From NCBI GenBank assembly GCA_043823065.1, contig JBDRBB010000010.1, forward strand, positions 32,001 to 96,000: a DNA stretch of 64,000 nt, given 5' to 3'. Positions 1 to 11,166 of the stretch are shown here, in pieces. Both the position numbers and the translations under genes were made by a program. Position 1 is the stretch's first letter. The number at the start of each line of letters is the position of its first letter. Source of the DNA: Pseudomonadota bacterium. GTDB lineage: Bacteria > UBA10199 > 2-02-FULL-44-16 > DYJF01. The notes beneath the pieces were generated by a model. The model saw only the letters and a list, made by a program, of their open reading frames with translations. It did not search any database and was not told the origin of the DNA.

Positions 1-309
1 GCAGGTTACCTAAAAAAGAACACCAATTCAGCCAGCCTGGCTACTTTTAACAAAAACTTTCTTAACCATCTATCTTCAACCACAAACCCTTCTCTGGTCT
101 GGTTTATCAATCACTTTAAATATTTTATCATGAAAGACGGGTTTGCTTTTTTAATTTTTGTTTTTGGATTAAGCGGATTTTTACCAGCTTTTTTATTTTT
201 AATAACCTTTGGTACTTGTCTAGCTGCTGGTATTTTATTTTATTTATTGGTGCTACAGCCCAAATCTAATGTTCAAGCTAAAGCAAATTTGGTTTCAGAT
301 AAACCATGA
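1..309 (+). CDS. 3' end of a membrane protein, probably a CDP-alcohol phosphatidyltransferase (partial, runs off the window edge)
   Basis: Frame 1 is open from base 1 to TGA at 307-309 (AGYLKKNTNSASL...KDGFAFLIFVFGLSG...). Hydrophobic C-terminus; ATGA overlap with the next gene. Family inferred from context; the catalytic motif is not in the window. Confidence 0.45.
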   Translation, partial: AGYLKKNTNSASLATFNKNFLNHLSSTTNPSLVWFINHFKYFIMKDGFAFLIFVFGLSGFLPAFLFLITFGTCLAAGILFYLLVLQPKSNVQAKANLVSDKP

Positions 310-947
310 AAAAACTAAATAACAAAAAAGTCGTGGTCTTTGACTTTGACGGCACAATTGTTGATTCCATGGAATCTTTTGCTCAAATTGCTGCTCAGGT
401 CATGCCTAAACACTATGAAATAGATGCCAAGACTGCTTATGAAAAATATATCTTAACTTCTGGATTGCCTTTTTTTGAACAACTAGAAACTCTTTTTCCT
501 GGCAACTCAGCTAACCCGCAAGCATCCCTAGAATTTGAAACTATCAAAAAACAATCATATACTCAAAAAAGAGTATTTGCTGATGCTGATGAAACCTTAA
601 AAACCTTACAAGCTAAGAATATTAAAGTTGTTGTGTCTTCTAACAATTTCCAGGAATTGGTTGATGATTTTGTAAAACAAGCTGAAATCTCATTTGATCT
701 GGTCTTGGGTTATCGAGTTAATTTTGCCAAAGGAGCAGATCACTTTAAATATATCTTGCAAGAAGTTGGATGTACACACGAAGAAATAACTTTTGTTGGT
801 GATTCGCTTAAAGACGCAGACAAAGCATCTATGTTTGGTATTGATTTCATCGGAAAAACAGGAACGTTTAGCACTGATGACTTTAAAAAACATAAACCAG
901 GAGTAAAAGTCATAACCACTTTAGCTGAGCTCAAGGAGATGTTTTAA
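306..947 (+). CDS. HAD-superfamily phosphatase
   Basis: FDFDGTIVDS motif I, SSN motif II, K, FVGDS..D motif IV. Confidence 0.9.
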   Translation: MKKLNNKKVVVFDFDGTIVDSMESFAQIAAQVMPKHYEIDAKTAYEKYILTSGLPFFEQLETLFPGNSANPQASLEFETIKKQSYTQKRVFADADETLKTLQAKNIKVVVSSNNFQELVDDFVKQAEISFDLVLGYRVNFAKGADHFKYILQEVGCTHEEITFVGDSLKDADKASMFGIDFIGKTGTFSTDDFKKHKPGVKVITTLAELKEMF

Positions 948-1666
948 TGAAAGCCTTAATTCTAGCAGCCGGCCTAGGTAGCCGATTAGGAGATCTAACT
1001 AATAATAAACCAAAAGCTTTAACCAAAGTTGCTGGTAAAGAATTAATCTCATATGTTTTGGATTTTTTAGATCATGAGCAGATCACCCAAAAAGCCGTAG
1101 TAACTGGCTACCAAGCAGATAAGCTTAAAGCTTATATACAAACCCATTCTGCTGAAACTCAAATTTTATTTAATCCAAATTTTAAGCTAGGCAGCATTTA
1201 CACTCTCGAAACTGGCCTTAGCTTTTTAGATGATGATTTCCTGCTGATTAATGTAGATCATATTTATCCCAAGAGAATGTTAACCAGCATTTTAAATAAA
1301 GCGCATGGCATCACTGCTATTTGCGATTTTGATCGCACTTTGGTAGCTGATGACATGAAAATTAAATTAGCTAATAATTCCTTATTAAATATCAAAAAAA
1401 CTCTAACTGATTATGACGGTGGATATATTGGCATGACTTATTGCGCAGCTACTCATATTGGAATTTACAAAGAAGCAATTCAAGAAACCAAAAAAATTCA
1501 CGGCGACCTGGCACCTGTCGAGTGGGTATTGCAAACTTTAGCTAATAAACAACATAAAATTAGCATCTGTGATGTTTCTGGCTTTGGCTGGCTTGAAGTT
1601 GACAATAATGACGACCTTCAACAAGCAGAAAACACACTTAAAACCAATAAGGATTTTTTAAAATGA
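947..1666 (+). CDS. Sugar/inositol-phosphate nucleotidyltransferase (IPCT/LicC-like)
   Basis: LAAGLGSRL..PKAL signature, WLEVDN; lies near ino1. Confidence 0.85.
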   Translation: MKALILAAGLGSRLGDLTNNKPKALTKVAGKELISYVLDFLDHEQITQKAVVTGYQADKLKAYIQTHSAETQILFNPNFKLGSIYTLETGLSFLDDDFLLINVDHIYPKRMLTSILNKAHGITAICDFDRTLVADDMKIKLANNSLLNIKKTLTDYDGGYIGMTYCAATHIGIYKEAIQETKKIHGDLAPVEWVLQTLANKQHKISICDVSGFGWLEVDNNDDLQQAENTLKTNKDFLK

Positions 1667-2673
1667 AAAAAGTAATCAATACAGCACGCCCTTTTTTTCT
1701 AATATTTGGGGTAGTAATCTTATTTTTTTTAATCCGCCGCATTGGCATTGATTCCATTCTAAACAATATTGCTGCCCTAAGCTGGAGATTTATTCCTATC
1801 TTGTCCATTGGTTTTGTTTGGTACATTCTCTATACCCTAGCCTGGGAACAATTTTTAAAACGCTTTACCAATAATATGGGTTTTTGGGAACTGTTTCGCA
1901 TTAAAATAGCTGGCGAATCTGTAAACACTTTAACTCCTGCCAATTTTCTGGGCGGAGATCCCCTGCGTATTCATCTGCTTAAAAAACATTTTCCAACCAT
2001 TGAAGGAGCTGCCTCGGTAGTTGTGGACCGCACCTTGCACAGCATTGCCATACTCTTGGTTATTATCTTTGGCATCATTGTTTCATTTGTTTCTTTTGAA
2101 GGCTTGCCGGTAAATATCAAATATGGGGTGCCAATAGTGGTTCTAATTGCTTCTGCATTTGTAACCTTTATTTTTATTCATCAACAAAAAGGTTTGTTTG
2201 CCTTATTTATGTCTATTTGCAAAAGATTGCGCATAAAGAAAACTTTTTCTGAAAGAATCATCAATCGTTTTGAAGAGCTTGATCATCATATTATTAATTT
2301 TTATCGCAAAAGTCACAAAGCTTTCTGGATTGCTTTAGGTTGTCATACAGTTGGCAGATTTTTAGGAGTAATTGAAATTTATGCCATTGGCAGATGTGTA
2401 TCAGATGAATTCACTTTATTTGCTGCTTTGGTATTATGTGCTTTAGCTCCTATGATTAATGCAGTATTTGCTTTTGTGCCTGGAGCTTTGGGAATTTTAG
2501 AAGGCGCCTATAGCGGCACATTATACTTATTACATCTTGACCCAGCTATTGGCATCACCATTCAAATCACCAAAAGGTTGCGCGCTGGCCTTTGGATTTT
2601 GTTGGGCTTAATCTTCTTGGGCACTCATGGTCGCAAAAAAGCTTGGAATGAAAAATTGATCGAAGAAGTTTAA
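1663..2673 (+). CDS. Lysylphosphatidylglycerol synthase TM / flippase-like protein (UPF0104)
   Basis: Multi-TM protein with NTLTPANFLGGDPLR, VVVDR and PGALGILEG motifs. Confidence 0.8.
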   Translation: MKKVINTARPFFLIFGVVILFFLIRRIGIDSILNNIAALSWRFIPILSIGFVWYILYTLAWEQFLKRFTNNMGFWELFRIKIAGESVNTLTPANFLGGDPLRIHLLKKHFPTIEGAASVVVDRTLHSIAILLVIIFGIIVSFVSFEGLPVNIKYGVPIVVLIASAFVTFIFIHQQKGLFALFMSICKRLRIKKTFSERIINRFEELDHHIINFYRKSHKAFWIALGCHTVGRFLGVIEIYAIGRCVSDEFTLFAALVLCALAPMINAVFAFVPGALGILEGAYSGTLYLLHLDPAIGITIQITKRLRAGLWILLGLIFLGTHGRKKAWNEKLIEEV

Positions 2674-3036
2674 TTATTTTTGTTCAAATTCGTTAAAAAC
2701 TTCTTGATAATGTGGATCATTTTCAACCACATCAACAATTTTATCTGTAATTTCATCGACAATATCATCATCAGCCATACCCAAAGAACGGGCTATGACA
2801 TTCCAGACTCTTTTTTTAGCTGAATTACGAAATTTTCTTTTTTTGAAAAGCGGCCAACCAAACTTGACAATACCTTGCAATTCTTCTGATTGATTGGCTG
2901 CCTGACTACGCAAGACTTCCTGGCTAACATCTATTAGCTTGTTTTCCTTGGGTTTTTTTGATTCTTCAATAGCCCCTTGCTCAATTATTTTGCTTGAATT
3001 TCCATTAATCAGAGATTGAATATATCTGACTATCAT
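2674..3036 (-). CDS. Hypothetical protein
   Basis: 120 aa ORF with GGAGG SD; preceded by a GCAAC-N16-CGATAA motif. Confidence 0.65.
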   Translation of the reverse strand: MIVRYIQSLINGNSSKIIEQGAIEESKKPKENKLIDVSQEVLRSQAANQSEELQGIVKFGWPLFKKRKFRNSAKKRVWNVIARSLGMADDDIVDEITDKIVDVVENDPHYQEVFNEFEQK

Positions 3037-3077
3037 ACGATCCTCCGGTATATATCCTGTTATTTAGGCCTACCTCC

Positions 3078-3104
3078 TTATCGTCCTTTTGTAAAAAAAG
3101 TTGC
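3078..3104 (-). promoter_or_regulatory. Putative sigma28-like promoter GCAAC-N16-CGATAA
   Basis: Same motif and spacing at 47808-47834 and 50031-50057. Confidence 0.6.
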
Positions 3105-3132
3105 TAAAAAAATTCCTGGATTAGAAATTTTT

Positions 3133-3213
3133 TAGCAATCCTTAAGGAGCGTGAGCTCCGAAGGATTCCATGGGATCCTTCCCCTCTGCCTAAAGCAAAG
3201 ACTCGGGATAACA
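3133..3213. repeat. Degenerate REP-like palindromic element
   Basis: Resembles the gtcattctgagcgaagcgaagaatc...ctcagcatgac element at 50652-50719. Confidence 0.4.
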
Positions 3214-3308
3214 AATGATCATAAAAAAGTGGTTGCGTATCTTTCAACTTTCAGCTTATAAACAGGCTTCTAAGATTTGTCTTAGAAGCATCTAAAAAGG
3301 AGATTATA

Positions 3309-4625
3309 ATGAAGAAAGCTAATATTGAAATTGCCCCAAGTGAAGGCCGTCTTGGTGTTTTACTAGTTGGTTTAGGTGCAATTAGTACCACTTTTGTGGC
3401 CGGCATTGAAGCAATCAAAACAAACAAGGTTAAACCAATTGGCTCCTTAACCCAAATGGGAACTATCCGTTTAGGTAAACGTACTGAGCACAGAACTCCA
3501 TTAATCAGAGACTTTGTCCCATTAGCAAAAATGCAAGAAATTGTAGTTGGTGCTTGGGACATTTTTGAAGATGATGGTTACGTGGCAGCTCAAAAAGCTG
3601 GCGTGCTCAGACGTCATGACTTGGAAGATTTAAAAGAACCGCTGGCAGCACTTAAACCTATGACTGCTGTTTTTGACAAACATTGGGTAAAAAAATTAGA
3701 CGGTAAACATGTAAAACAAGGTAAAACCAAAAGAGAATTAGCTGATCAATTAATTGCAGATATCCAAAAATTTCAAGATACCAATCGAGTTTCCAGGTTA
3801 GTAATGGTTTGGTGTGCCAGCACCGAAGCTTACTCTATTGCTGCCAATTGCCATCAATCTTTGGCAGAATTTGAAAAAGGTTTGGAAAATAATGACGCCA
3901 ATATTGCTCCTAGCCAGATTTATGCTTATGCAGCTTTGAAATTAGGCATTCCTTATGCAAATGGAGCTCCTAACTTAACTGTTGATCTCCCCTGTTTTCA
4001 AGAACTAGCTCAAAACACCAAAACGCCAATTTGCGGCAAAGATTTTAAAACAGGTCAAACCTTAATGAAAACTATTTTAGCTCCTGGCCTTCGTTCCAGA
4101 TTATTAGGTTTATCTGGTTGGTTTTCCACCAATATTTTAGGTAACCGCGATGGTGAAGTTTTAGATGATCCTGCTTCTTTTAAGTCTAAAGAAGAAAGCA
4201 AGCTTTCTGTATTAGATACTATTTTACAGCCAGAACTTAATCCAGATCTCTATGGCAATTTTTATCATAAAGTTCGCATCAATTATTATCCACCACGCGG
4301 TGATAATAAAGAGGGTTGGGATAATATTGATATTTTTGGTTGGATGGGTTATCCCATGCAAATAAAAATAGATTTTCTCTGCCGCGATTCGATCTTGGCT
4401 GCACCCCTAGTTTTAGATTTAGCTTTATTTATGGATTTTGCCAAACGTGCTGGTCTAAAAGGTATCCAAGAATGGTTATCTTATTATTTCAAATCACCTA
4501 TGGTTGCACCGGGTTTATATCCTGAACACAATCTATTCATTCAGGAAATGAAGTTAAAAAACACCTTGCGGTATTTAATGGGTGAAGAACAGATTACACA
4601 CTTGGGAATGGAATACTACGAATAA
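3309..4625 (+). CDS. ino1: myo-Inositol-1-phosphate synthase
   Basis: GLGAISTT, WCASTE, NGAPN, GKDFKTGQT, NILGNRDG, GDNKEGWD and RDSILAAPL motifs. Confidence 0.95.
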   Translation: MKKANIEIAPSEGRLGVLLVGLGAISTTFVAGIEAIKTNKVKPIGSLTQMGTIRLGKRTEHRTPLIRDFVPLAKMQEIVVGAWDIFEDDGYVAAQKAGVLRRHDLEDLKEPLAALKPMTAVFDKHWVKKLDGKHVKQGKTKRELADQLIADIQKFQDTNRVSRLVMVWCASTEAYSIAANCHQSLAEFEKGLENNDANIAPSQIYAYAALKLGIPYANGAPNLTVDLPCFQELAQNTKTPICGKDFKTGQTLMKTILAPGLRSRLLGLSGWFSTNILGNRDGEVLDDPASFKSKEESKLSVLDTILQPELNPDLYGNFYHKVRINYYPPRGDNKEGWDNIDIFGWMGYPMQIKIDFLCRDSILAAPLVLDLALFMDFAKRAGLKGIQEWLSYYFKSPMVAPGLYPEHNLFIQEMKLKNTLRYLMGEEQITHLGMEYYE

Positions 4626-4636
4626 GAAACAAGAAG

Positions 4637-6250
4637 CTACATTCTTTTGGGAATTTTAACTCCCTTAAGTTTCTTAACCAGTTTCATATAAGTTTCGTAT
4701 GGTTCTCCGGATTCGAGCCAAGGATCAAAAAACATGGCTTTAATTGCTGCTTTGGTAACCACATGATCTACCATGGCATAATAGAGTCTGTCTCCCAGCA
4801 TATAACCTAAAGCATGTGTAGTAGCTAAAAACAATTCCATTGGTTGGCGATAAATATTGGTGAAAAGTAGGGGAATGCCGCTTTTTTCATATTTTTTAAA
4901 TTCCAGAATTAATTCAGCTGTTTGTTTTTCCAAACTTCGCTCACCTGGAACATCTATTGTTCTTAAATATTCTAACAACTTTTTAAATTCAGCTTCGTGA
5001 AAACACTTGCGTTTATGATTAATTAATTTTGATCCAAAAAAACCTAATGTCTCATGTAAAATGTTGGCATAAAACGCATCCACATATTCTCTGGGTTCTT
5101 CAAGCCCAGAACACAAACTTTTTAAGTAATGCGCTGCTTCTTCAGCAGCATGATTTAAGGAAAGATTGGCCAAATAAACATACTTTGTCTTGGCAATATA
5201 ATAGCTTTCGCTAGATAATATTTGTTGTTTAATAAGATTTAATTCTTGTTTGTTAAATTTTTTACTTTCCCTTAATTTTTTTAGAAAAGATATATCTCCA
5301 CAGGTAAATACTTCTATCTCATCTATTTCTGGCCCCAACTTTATCTTTAAAAATTTAGCAATCCTCTCTACTAAATCCAAAAAATTGCTCTTGGCATCAT
5401 AATAATCAATCTCACCTTCCTCATGTTCTAACCAATTTAGATATGATTGTTGGCAAACAATTGGCGGCGTATGCATGCGGCAATAATTTCCTCCTGCCAA
5501 ACGCACCACTTCTGTCTTATCATCTAAACCATTTTCTGCTAATTTCCAATAAATTGGTTCACTGTTTTCATATAAAATTAATTCCTTTTTTTTGAGATTC
5601 ATTTGTTTAAGCAGCTTATTCACTTCTAGTGGTAAGTGTTGGGGTGCAATATGCAAATCGCCTATAAAAACAAATAATATGGTTTGTGAATTTTTCTTAA
5701 GTACATCCACCAAAACCTTAGCGCTAGCTTTATCTCGTTGTAAAAGTGAGGCCTTTTCACCAGCTGCATCTATACCTACAATTTTTAAACCATGATATTT
5801 GGCAAAATCAAATAAAGGTTTAAAATTACTCCAAAGATCAAAAATCCACTGTTCTTTGAGTTTGGTTTTAGCAATAAAAGTACTATCCGTAATTTTACCA
5901 TTTAGATAACTATCTATAGCTTCTTGAAAGTTATGATGAATTAATTCCAGACCAATGGTTATATTTTTTTTCTTGGTAACTACATTTTTAAGTATTCTTA
6001 AAAAAGAGCGCTGGGATTGATTGCAGGTATGATAATCACCAACATAAATAATATCTGATTTTAAAATGTCTTGGATCATCTCTTCATGACTAACTATTTG
6101 CTGATAATTACGCACATTTTTTCTGTATCGATCTTCATAAGCCTCAAAACCAGATTCTTTTACAATAATGGATGATTCAATTAGTCTTTCGTTGTGCTTA
6201 TAGAGTCTTTTTTGGAGATCCAGCAATTCTTGGCGTGGCGAATTTGGCAT
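4637..6250 (-). CDS. ChaN/EreA-like domain protein
   Basis: IIYVGDYH, IGLE, RD, GDLH motifs; start moved to MPNSPRQ. Confidence 0.65.
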   Translation of the reverse strand: MPNSPRQELLDLQKRLYKHNERLIESSIIVKESGFEAYEDRYRKNVRNYQQIVSHEEMIQDILKSDIIYVGDYHTCNQSQRSFLRILKNVVTKKKNITIGLELIHHNFQEAIDSYLNGKITDSTFIAKTKLKEQWIFDLWSNFKPLFDFAKYHGLKIVGIDAAGEKASLLQRDKASAKVLVDVLKKNSQTILFVFIGDLHIAPQHLPLEVNKLLKQMNLKKKELILYENSEPIYWKLAENGLDDKTEVVRLAGGNYCRMHTPPIVCQQSYLNWLEHEEGEIDYYDAKSNFLDLVERIAKFLKIKLGPEIDEIEVFTCGDISFLKKLRESKKFNKQELNLIKQQILSSESYYIAKTKYVYLANLSLNHAAEEAAHYLKSLCSGLEEPREYVDAFYANILHETLGFFGSKLINHKRKCFHEAEFKKLLEYLRTIDVPGERSLEKQTAELILEFKKYEKSGIPLLFTNIYRQPMELFLATTHALGYMLGDRLYYAMVDHVVTKAAIKAMFFDPWLESGEPYETYMKLVKKLKGVKIPKRM

Positions 6251-6272
6251 AGCTTTAGTTGTAACACATCTT

Positions 6273-7946
6273 TTAATTTGTCTCAAAAGTAAAATATCGG
6301 TCCAAATCTAAAGATATGGCTAGGGCTAATAAATAATTATTTCTGCCAACATTTTGCACAAAATTTAGATTTTGAGCGCGTTCATAGCCAGTGGTAAAAT
6401 GTAAATTTAAATGTTTTTTGACTTGCCAATTTAAGTCTGCCAAAAAGCGGAAACGTTGTTCTGTTGGTCCAGAAGCTACTTTAATCACATCTCCAGCAGT
6501 ACCATTGGGATTTACAAGCTCGGTATAAGTATCTGACCGTCGATAATCCCAACCAAATTCCAGCCCATACCAAAGTTTATCAGATAAAGTATGTCTAAAT
6601 TTGGCATAAACTGCATCAGCATCAGGACCAGCATCTGTGCCTAAAAGCTTTCTATTTAGGGTAAATCCATCTGAATACAAACCATGATGATACTGCAACG
6701 GACTGGTCTTAACATATTCCACCCTTAAATCTGCTGAACCTGAATAATTTAAGGCTGGCAAATATACTCCCCATAGATAAGAACACCCATGTTTTAAGGT
6801 TTTTTTAATAGATTTCCATTTATCATCAATGGAAATATCACCGTAAAGTTGCAAGCCTCTTAAGGGTTGAATGCGAAATAAATATTCAACCTCAAAAATA
6901 TGGTTGGTTAAATTTGGAGAAGTGGAGTTTGTACCTGCTGGACGAAAACCAAAAAACTCACCAACCACATCTATGGCTGAAGGAGTGGCAGCACCTTCAC
7001 CACCAATCATAACCACATGGCCCAAACCAATTTCCACATATTTAACTGGCTCCCAACTTAATTTATAACCAGCCATCCAGGCATATTTTTGAGCAAACTC
7101 AGGACCAAAATTAGCAGCAAACATGGTGTAACGCCAATATCCTAGATATTTAAACACCCAAGGTAATTTATACGGAGTTGGATTGGTAATCCTAATACCA
7201 TCTAAAGGCCTGGGATTTGTGGAATATAGAAGACCACCACGCTCACCAATTCCCCACAGCATTGAATCACGACCAAATTCAAAAATAAAATTTCCAGCAC
7301 GAAAAACACCATAACCATTTTGCAAATAGATATGGCCCTGCATATTGTTTTGGCGCGGCATATCTGCTTCCAAACGCGGCCGGGCATATCCAGAAAAAAA
7401 TTTGGTAGTTTGAAAATAGGCAACAGGTTCATAAGCCATTTGAAAACCATCAATAGCTTGCCGGCCTAAATTATAATCACCCATTGGATTAATTTGAGCA
7501 TTAATCAAACCTCGGCCATTATTAGGCGGAATGGTTGTAGCTGGACTATTTAGATAGGTTGTATAAATATTCAGTTCTTCAAAAGGATGAAAACGAAATA
7601 CGTCTCCATCTTTAGTCAGATCTTCCTTAAACTCTTGTTCTAATCTATTTAACACCAAATTGATCTGCTTGAGTCGTCTATCACCTATATTTTTTTCCTC
7701 ACTTTCTAGCTTTTGCCTTGCTTCTGCAGTCATTCTGGCAAACTCAGATCTGGGATATGGCCTTTGACCTAAAATTGGCGGATGCACTAATCCCCAGGCC
7801 ACTAATTTATCTAAATCACGATATAAAGAACTGTCGGGAGGAACATTAACTGTACTTCTATCCCAAGCCCAAACACTAACAGGACAAGCAACTAAAAAGA
7901 TTAACAAAAAAATTAGTAGAATTTTTTTAAATTGTTTTGATCTCAT
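6273..7946 (-). CDS. Capsule assembly Wzi-family outer membrane protein
   Basis: Signal peptide, RPYPRSE, GRDSMLWG, LLYSTNPRPLD, LG..AGPDAD. Confidence 0.8.
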   Translation of the reverse strand: MRSKQFKKILLIFLLIFLVACPVSVWAWDRSTVNVPPDSSLYRDLDKLVAWGLVHPPILGQRPYPRSEFARMTAEARQKLESEEKNIGDRRLKQINLVLNRLEQEFKEDLTKDGDVFRFHPFEELNIYTTYLNSPATTIPPNNGRGLINAQINPMGDYNLGRQAIDGFQMAYEPVAYFQTTKFFSGYARPRLEADMPRQNNMQGHIYLQNGYGVFRAGNFIFEFGRDSMLWGIGERGGLLYSTNPRPLDGIRITNPTPYKLPWVFKYLGYWRYTMFAANFGPEFAQKYAWMAGYKLSWEPVKYVEIGLGHVVMIGGEGAATPSAIDVVGEFFGFRPAGTNSTSPNLTNHIFEVEYLFRIQPLRGLQLYGDISIDDKWKSIKKTLKHGCSYLWGVYLPALNYSGSADLRVEYVKTSPLQYHHGLYSDGFTLNRKLLGTDAGPDADAVYAKFRHTLSDKLWYGLEFGWDYRRSDTYTELVNPNGTAGDVIKVASGPTEQRFRFLADLNWQVKKHLNLHFTTGYERAQNLNFVQNVGRNNYLLALAISLDLDRYFTFETN

Positions 7947-10410
7947 TTATCCGCAACTTTTTTCATAAGTTTCTTTTCCACAATCACCATAGCTGGCACT
8001 AATAATATTGCAGCAAAAATACAGGTGATTTCGCCAATAATAGCCATCGTGCCAAACTGAGCCACTGCTTGGTTATAAGATCTGGTTAACACAAAATAGC
8101 CAATAATAGTAGTAGAAGAACAAAGCATTACTGCTCCACCAGTATGTCTAATAATGGCCATGGTCTTGCGCCGTTCTTCCCGATGCAAACGTACACCAAT
8201 ATTAAGCGCATAATCTACACCAATACCAAAAGTTAAAGGCAGGGCCACAAAATTGAAAAAGTTTATTTTCAAACCAATAATAGCCATGATCGCTACCATG
8301 GTTAAAACAGACCAAGCTAAAGCTAAGATAATCTTATATGATTCTTTTAATCTGCGCATAGCTAGAAAAACAAAAAGTGACACTGCGATAAAAGAAGCCA
8401 AGGTTAAAAAAGGGGCATCTTCTTTAACCACTTTTACAATATCAGCCAGAATCAAAGAAGCTCCTGTAGCATGAAATATGCGACCATCATCTAGTCTAAT
8501 ATCTTTAACCGTACGCGCAAATTGAAGAAGATTTCTGCCATCAGAAAGTGGCATACCAGACCTGGGATTAATGTAGGCAAATGTGCCAACATTACCTTCT
8601 AGATCTTTAAAATTTTGCACCAGATCATTTGGCAAATCTATAATATCCAAGCGTTTTTTTTGTAAAGAAAGTTTAATTTTTTTATCTTTTCGCCAACATC
8701 GCCTTTTAATTCATTCAACCAACGCTTATCTAACAAGTGATCTATTTTAGTTAAAATTACTGCCCGCTGATCTTGATCTTGTGGCAATAAATCATAGACT
8801 GTATAACAATCATCTACTCGCCGATCTTTTTCTGGATAAGCATTGTTTTGCTTTTCCACAGCAGCACAAACCTTTGGTCCATCTTCTGGTTCATCTAATA
8901 AAACTACAGCTGGGGTCATGGATCCTATCCACAACTTAGCCACCCTCTTTTCTAATGCTTCTGTGCCTGTGGTAGCGGAAATTTTATTTCTGAGTTTGGA
9001 AAAATCATATTCAATGGAATTTGGGATATATTTAATCACTATACCTAAGCCTATTGACCCAAGTAATACTCCAAGCAAAATAATAGCTATGGGAAAGTGG
9101 GTGAGAATCTTATCCATTTCAGGTAATAGTGCGCTCTTCCGTTTTGGCACATCAAGTTTGCGCCTGGATAGACTTAAAACATCCTCGGAAATAACAATTA
9201 AGGGTGGCAAAAATAACATACTAACAAGCCAACAACAAATCACACCTACTGAACCAATAAAACCAAACTGGGAAAGCCCCTTTACTCCAGCCAAGATTAA
9301 AATCAGAAAAGCTACAGCAGTTGTAGCTGCAGCTAGAAAGGTTGGCTTGAGTGTAGTTTCCAAGGCAATTTCCATACCCATTATTGGATTTTTACCAGCC
9401 TTACGCTCCTCTAAATAGCGGCCAACCATAATGATGCCGTAATTGATTCCAGTACCAATAATAATTGAAGCTAAAAAAGCAGTCTGGGCATTTAAGTAGC
9501 CGATTGCATAACGAGTGATGGTAAAAGTAATGAGAATGCTAAAGATTAAACTAAAACCAAAAAAAACCACCAATCTAATCCGCAAAAAATAAATAGTTAT
9601 TACGCCTGCCACTAAAGCAATGCATAGTGCAGCTGTGGAAAACATGTCTTGTCTTAAGGTATCATATTCTTCAACAGTGGAAACAATGTTGCCGCAGTAA
9701 CCAACAGTTAAATCAGGATCATAGCTAGATGGATCTAGTCTCTCAACAATTCCCTTCACTTGTTTGATCAAGTTTCTGGCATCATTGATAGCCAGAGAAA
9801 CGCCCTTGGGTCTAATCATGACAATCAATAATTGACCATGTTCGCCACCATAATAATCATCAAACACTGCCAAGGGCATTTTTACATTTTTTTGGTTGCG
9901 TTGCTTAATATCATCGATATTTAAAGTTACGGGTGATTCTTCATCGCCTAAATTAATAAAAAAAGGAGTGCGTTTTAATTTTTCATAATCAACAAATCGT
10001 TTTAATCTAGTATATAATTTTTCTAGATCAGCAATATCCACAAAATGCAGCATATTATCTTCATAAAATTTACGGATATTATCCACCTTGGCATTTACAT
10101 AATGCACTTGATCAGGAGGGAGATCTTTTAATTTCTCATTTAAATCATCAACTAATCGCTTATTGGCCGCTATATTTGGACTTTCTACAGCAATGGTTAA
10201 AACAGAAATTCCACCTACTTTATCTAACATGCGATTGAGTTGAATAACACTGGGGGTATTGTCCGGCAAAAGTTCCTCTAAAGAACTTTTAAGTTCTAAT
10301 CCAGATGAAATATAAAGAACTGTAATAAATAGTAATAAGGCAGATGAAATAAAAATTAGGCGATGCGTATTAGCCCACCTTAAATATTTGGGAAATATTT
10401 TTTGCAGCAT
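7943..10410 (-). pseudogene. MMPL/RND lipid transporter split by a single frameshift (ORFs 8638-10410 and 7943-8650)
   Basis: Both halves carry RND TM4/TM10 motifs (GTGINYGI, GIGVDYAL). The frames join across A7/A8 tracts at about 8654-8683. Confidence 0.8.
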
Positions 10411-10416
10411 TTGGGG

Positions 10417-11163
10417 TTATGGATTTCTTTTTAACAATCGATCAGACCAATACTTAATTATGAAGAAAGCTGCTAAAAGAAAATTCACAGCCACTTCGGC
10501 TTGATATACAATAAAACCATCAATATTTTCCACTGAAGGCTGGCTAAATATATACAAGGGATTGCCCAAAAAATTGCTTACCACTTCTGGTCTTTGAAAA
10601 AAATCTATTAAAGCAAAATGAAAACTGCTAATAGGCCACAATGGATAAATTTGATAATTATAAGTTATGGTGTCAGCAAAAATATGCAGCAAATAACCCA
10701 GTACTAAATAAAAATATAATGCTTTGAAATTTTTATTTTTCATCAAAAAGCTAATTACGGGTAAAACGATTAAAGAAACAAGCAACGCAGCAAATGGCGT
10801 ATGCATGATATTGTGGGGCCGCCACATGCCTGTGGGAATTTCACCCAAAAGTTTTAGCGCCAAAACATCAAAAATATGGGTATAGGCGGACAGAATTTGG
10901 GCGCCAATTAAAATCGCCACAAAATACTGTTTTTTTTCATCTTTTCGTCCCCAAAAAATAATAAAAAACAAAAGGGCCACATTGCCAAACTGATCATGTA
11001 AATACATAGCCCAAGGACCTGGATTAAAAAAAAGAGTGGTCACATAGAATATGATTAAAAATAAAAGATAATAGGCAAAACATAAAAAAGTGTTTCTCTT
11101 GGAAATCAGATCTAGACTTCCTGCCACTGCTGACGCAGACATGAAATGGCCAATTGGTGTCAT
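10417..11163 (-). CDS. Membrane-bound metal-dependent hydrolase (YdjM-like)
   Basis: MTPIGH, PHNIMHT and LHIFAD histidine motifs; multi-TM. Confidence 0.7.
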   Translation of the reverse strand: MTPIGHFMSASAVAGSLDLISKRNTFLCFAYYLLFLIIFYVTTLFFNPGPWAMYLHDQFGNVALLFFIIFWGRKDEKKQYFVAILIGAQILSAYTHIFDVLALKLLGEIPTGMWRPHNIMHTPFAALLVSLIVLPVISFLMKNKNFKALYFYLVLGYLLHIFADTITYNYQIYPLWPISSFHFALIDFFQRPEVVSNFLGNPLYIFSQPSVENIDGFIVYQAEVAVNFLLAAFFIIKYWSDRLLKRNP

Positions 11164-11166
11164 AAT

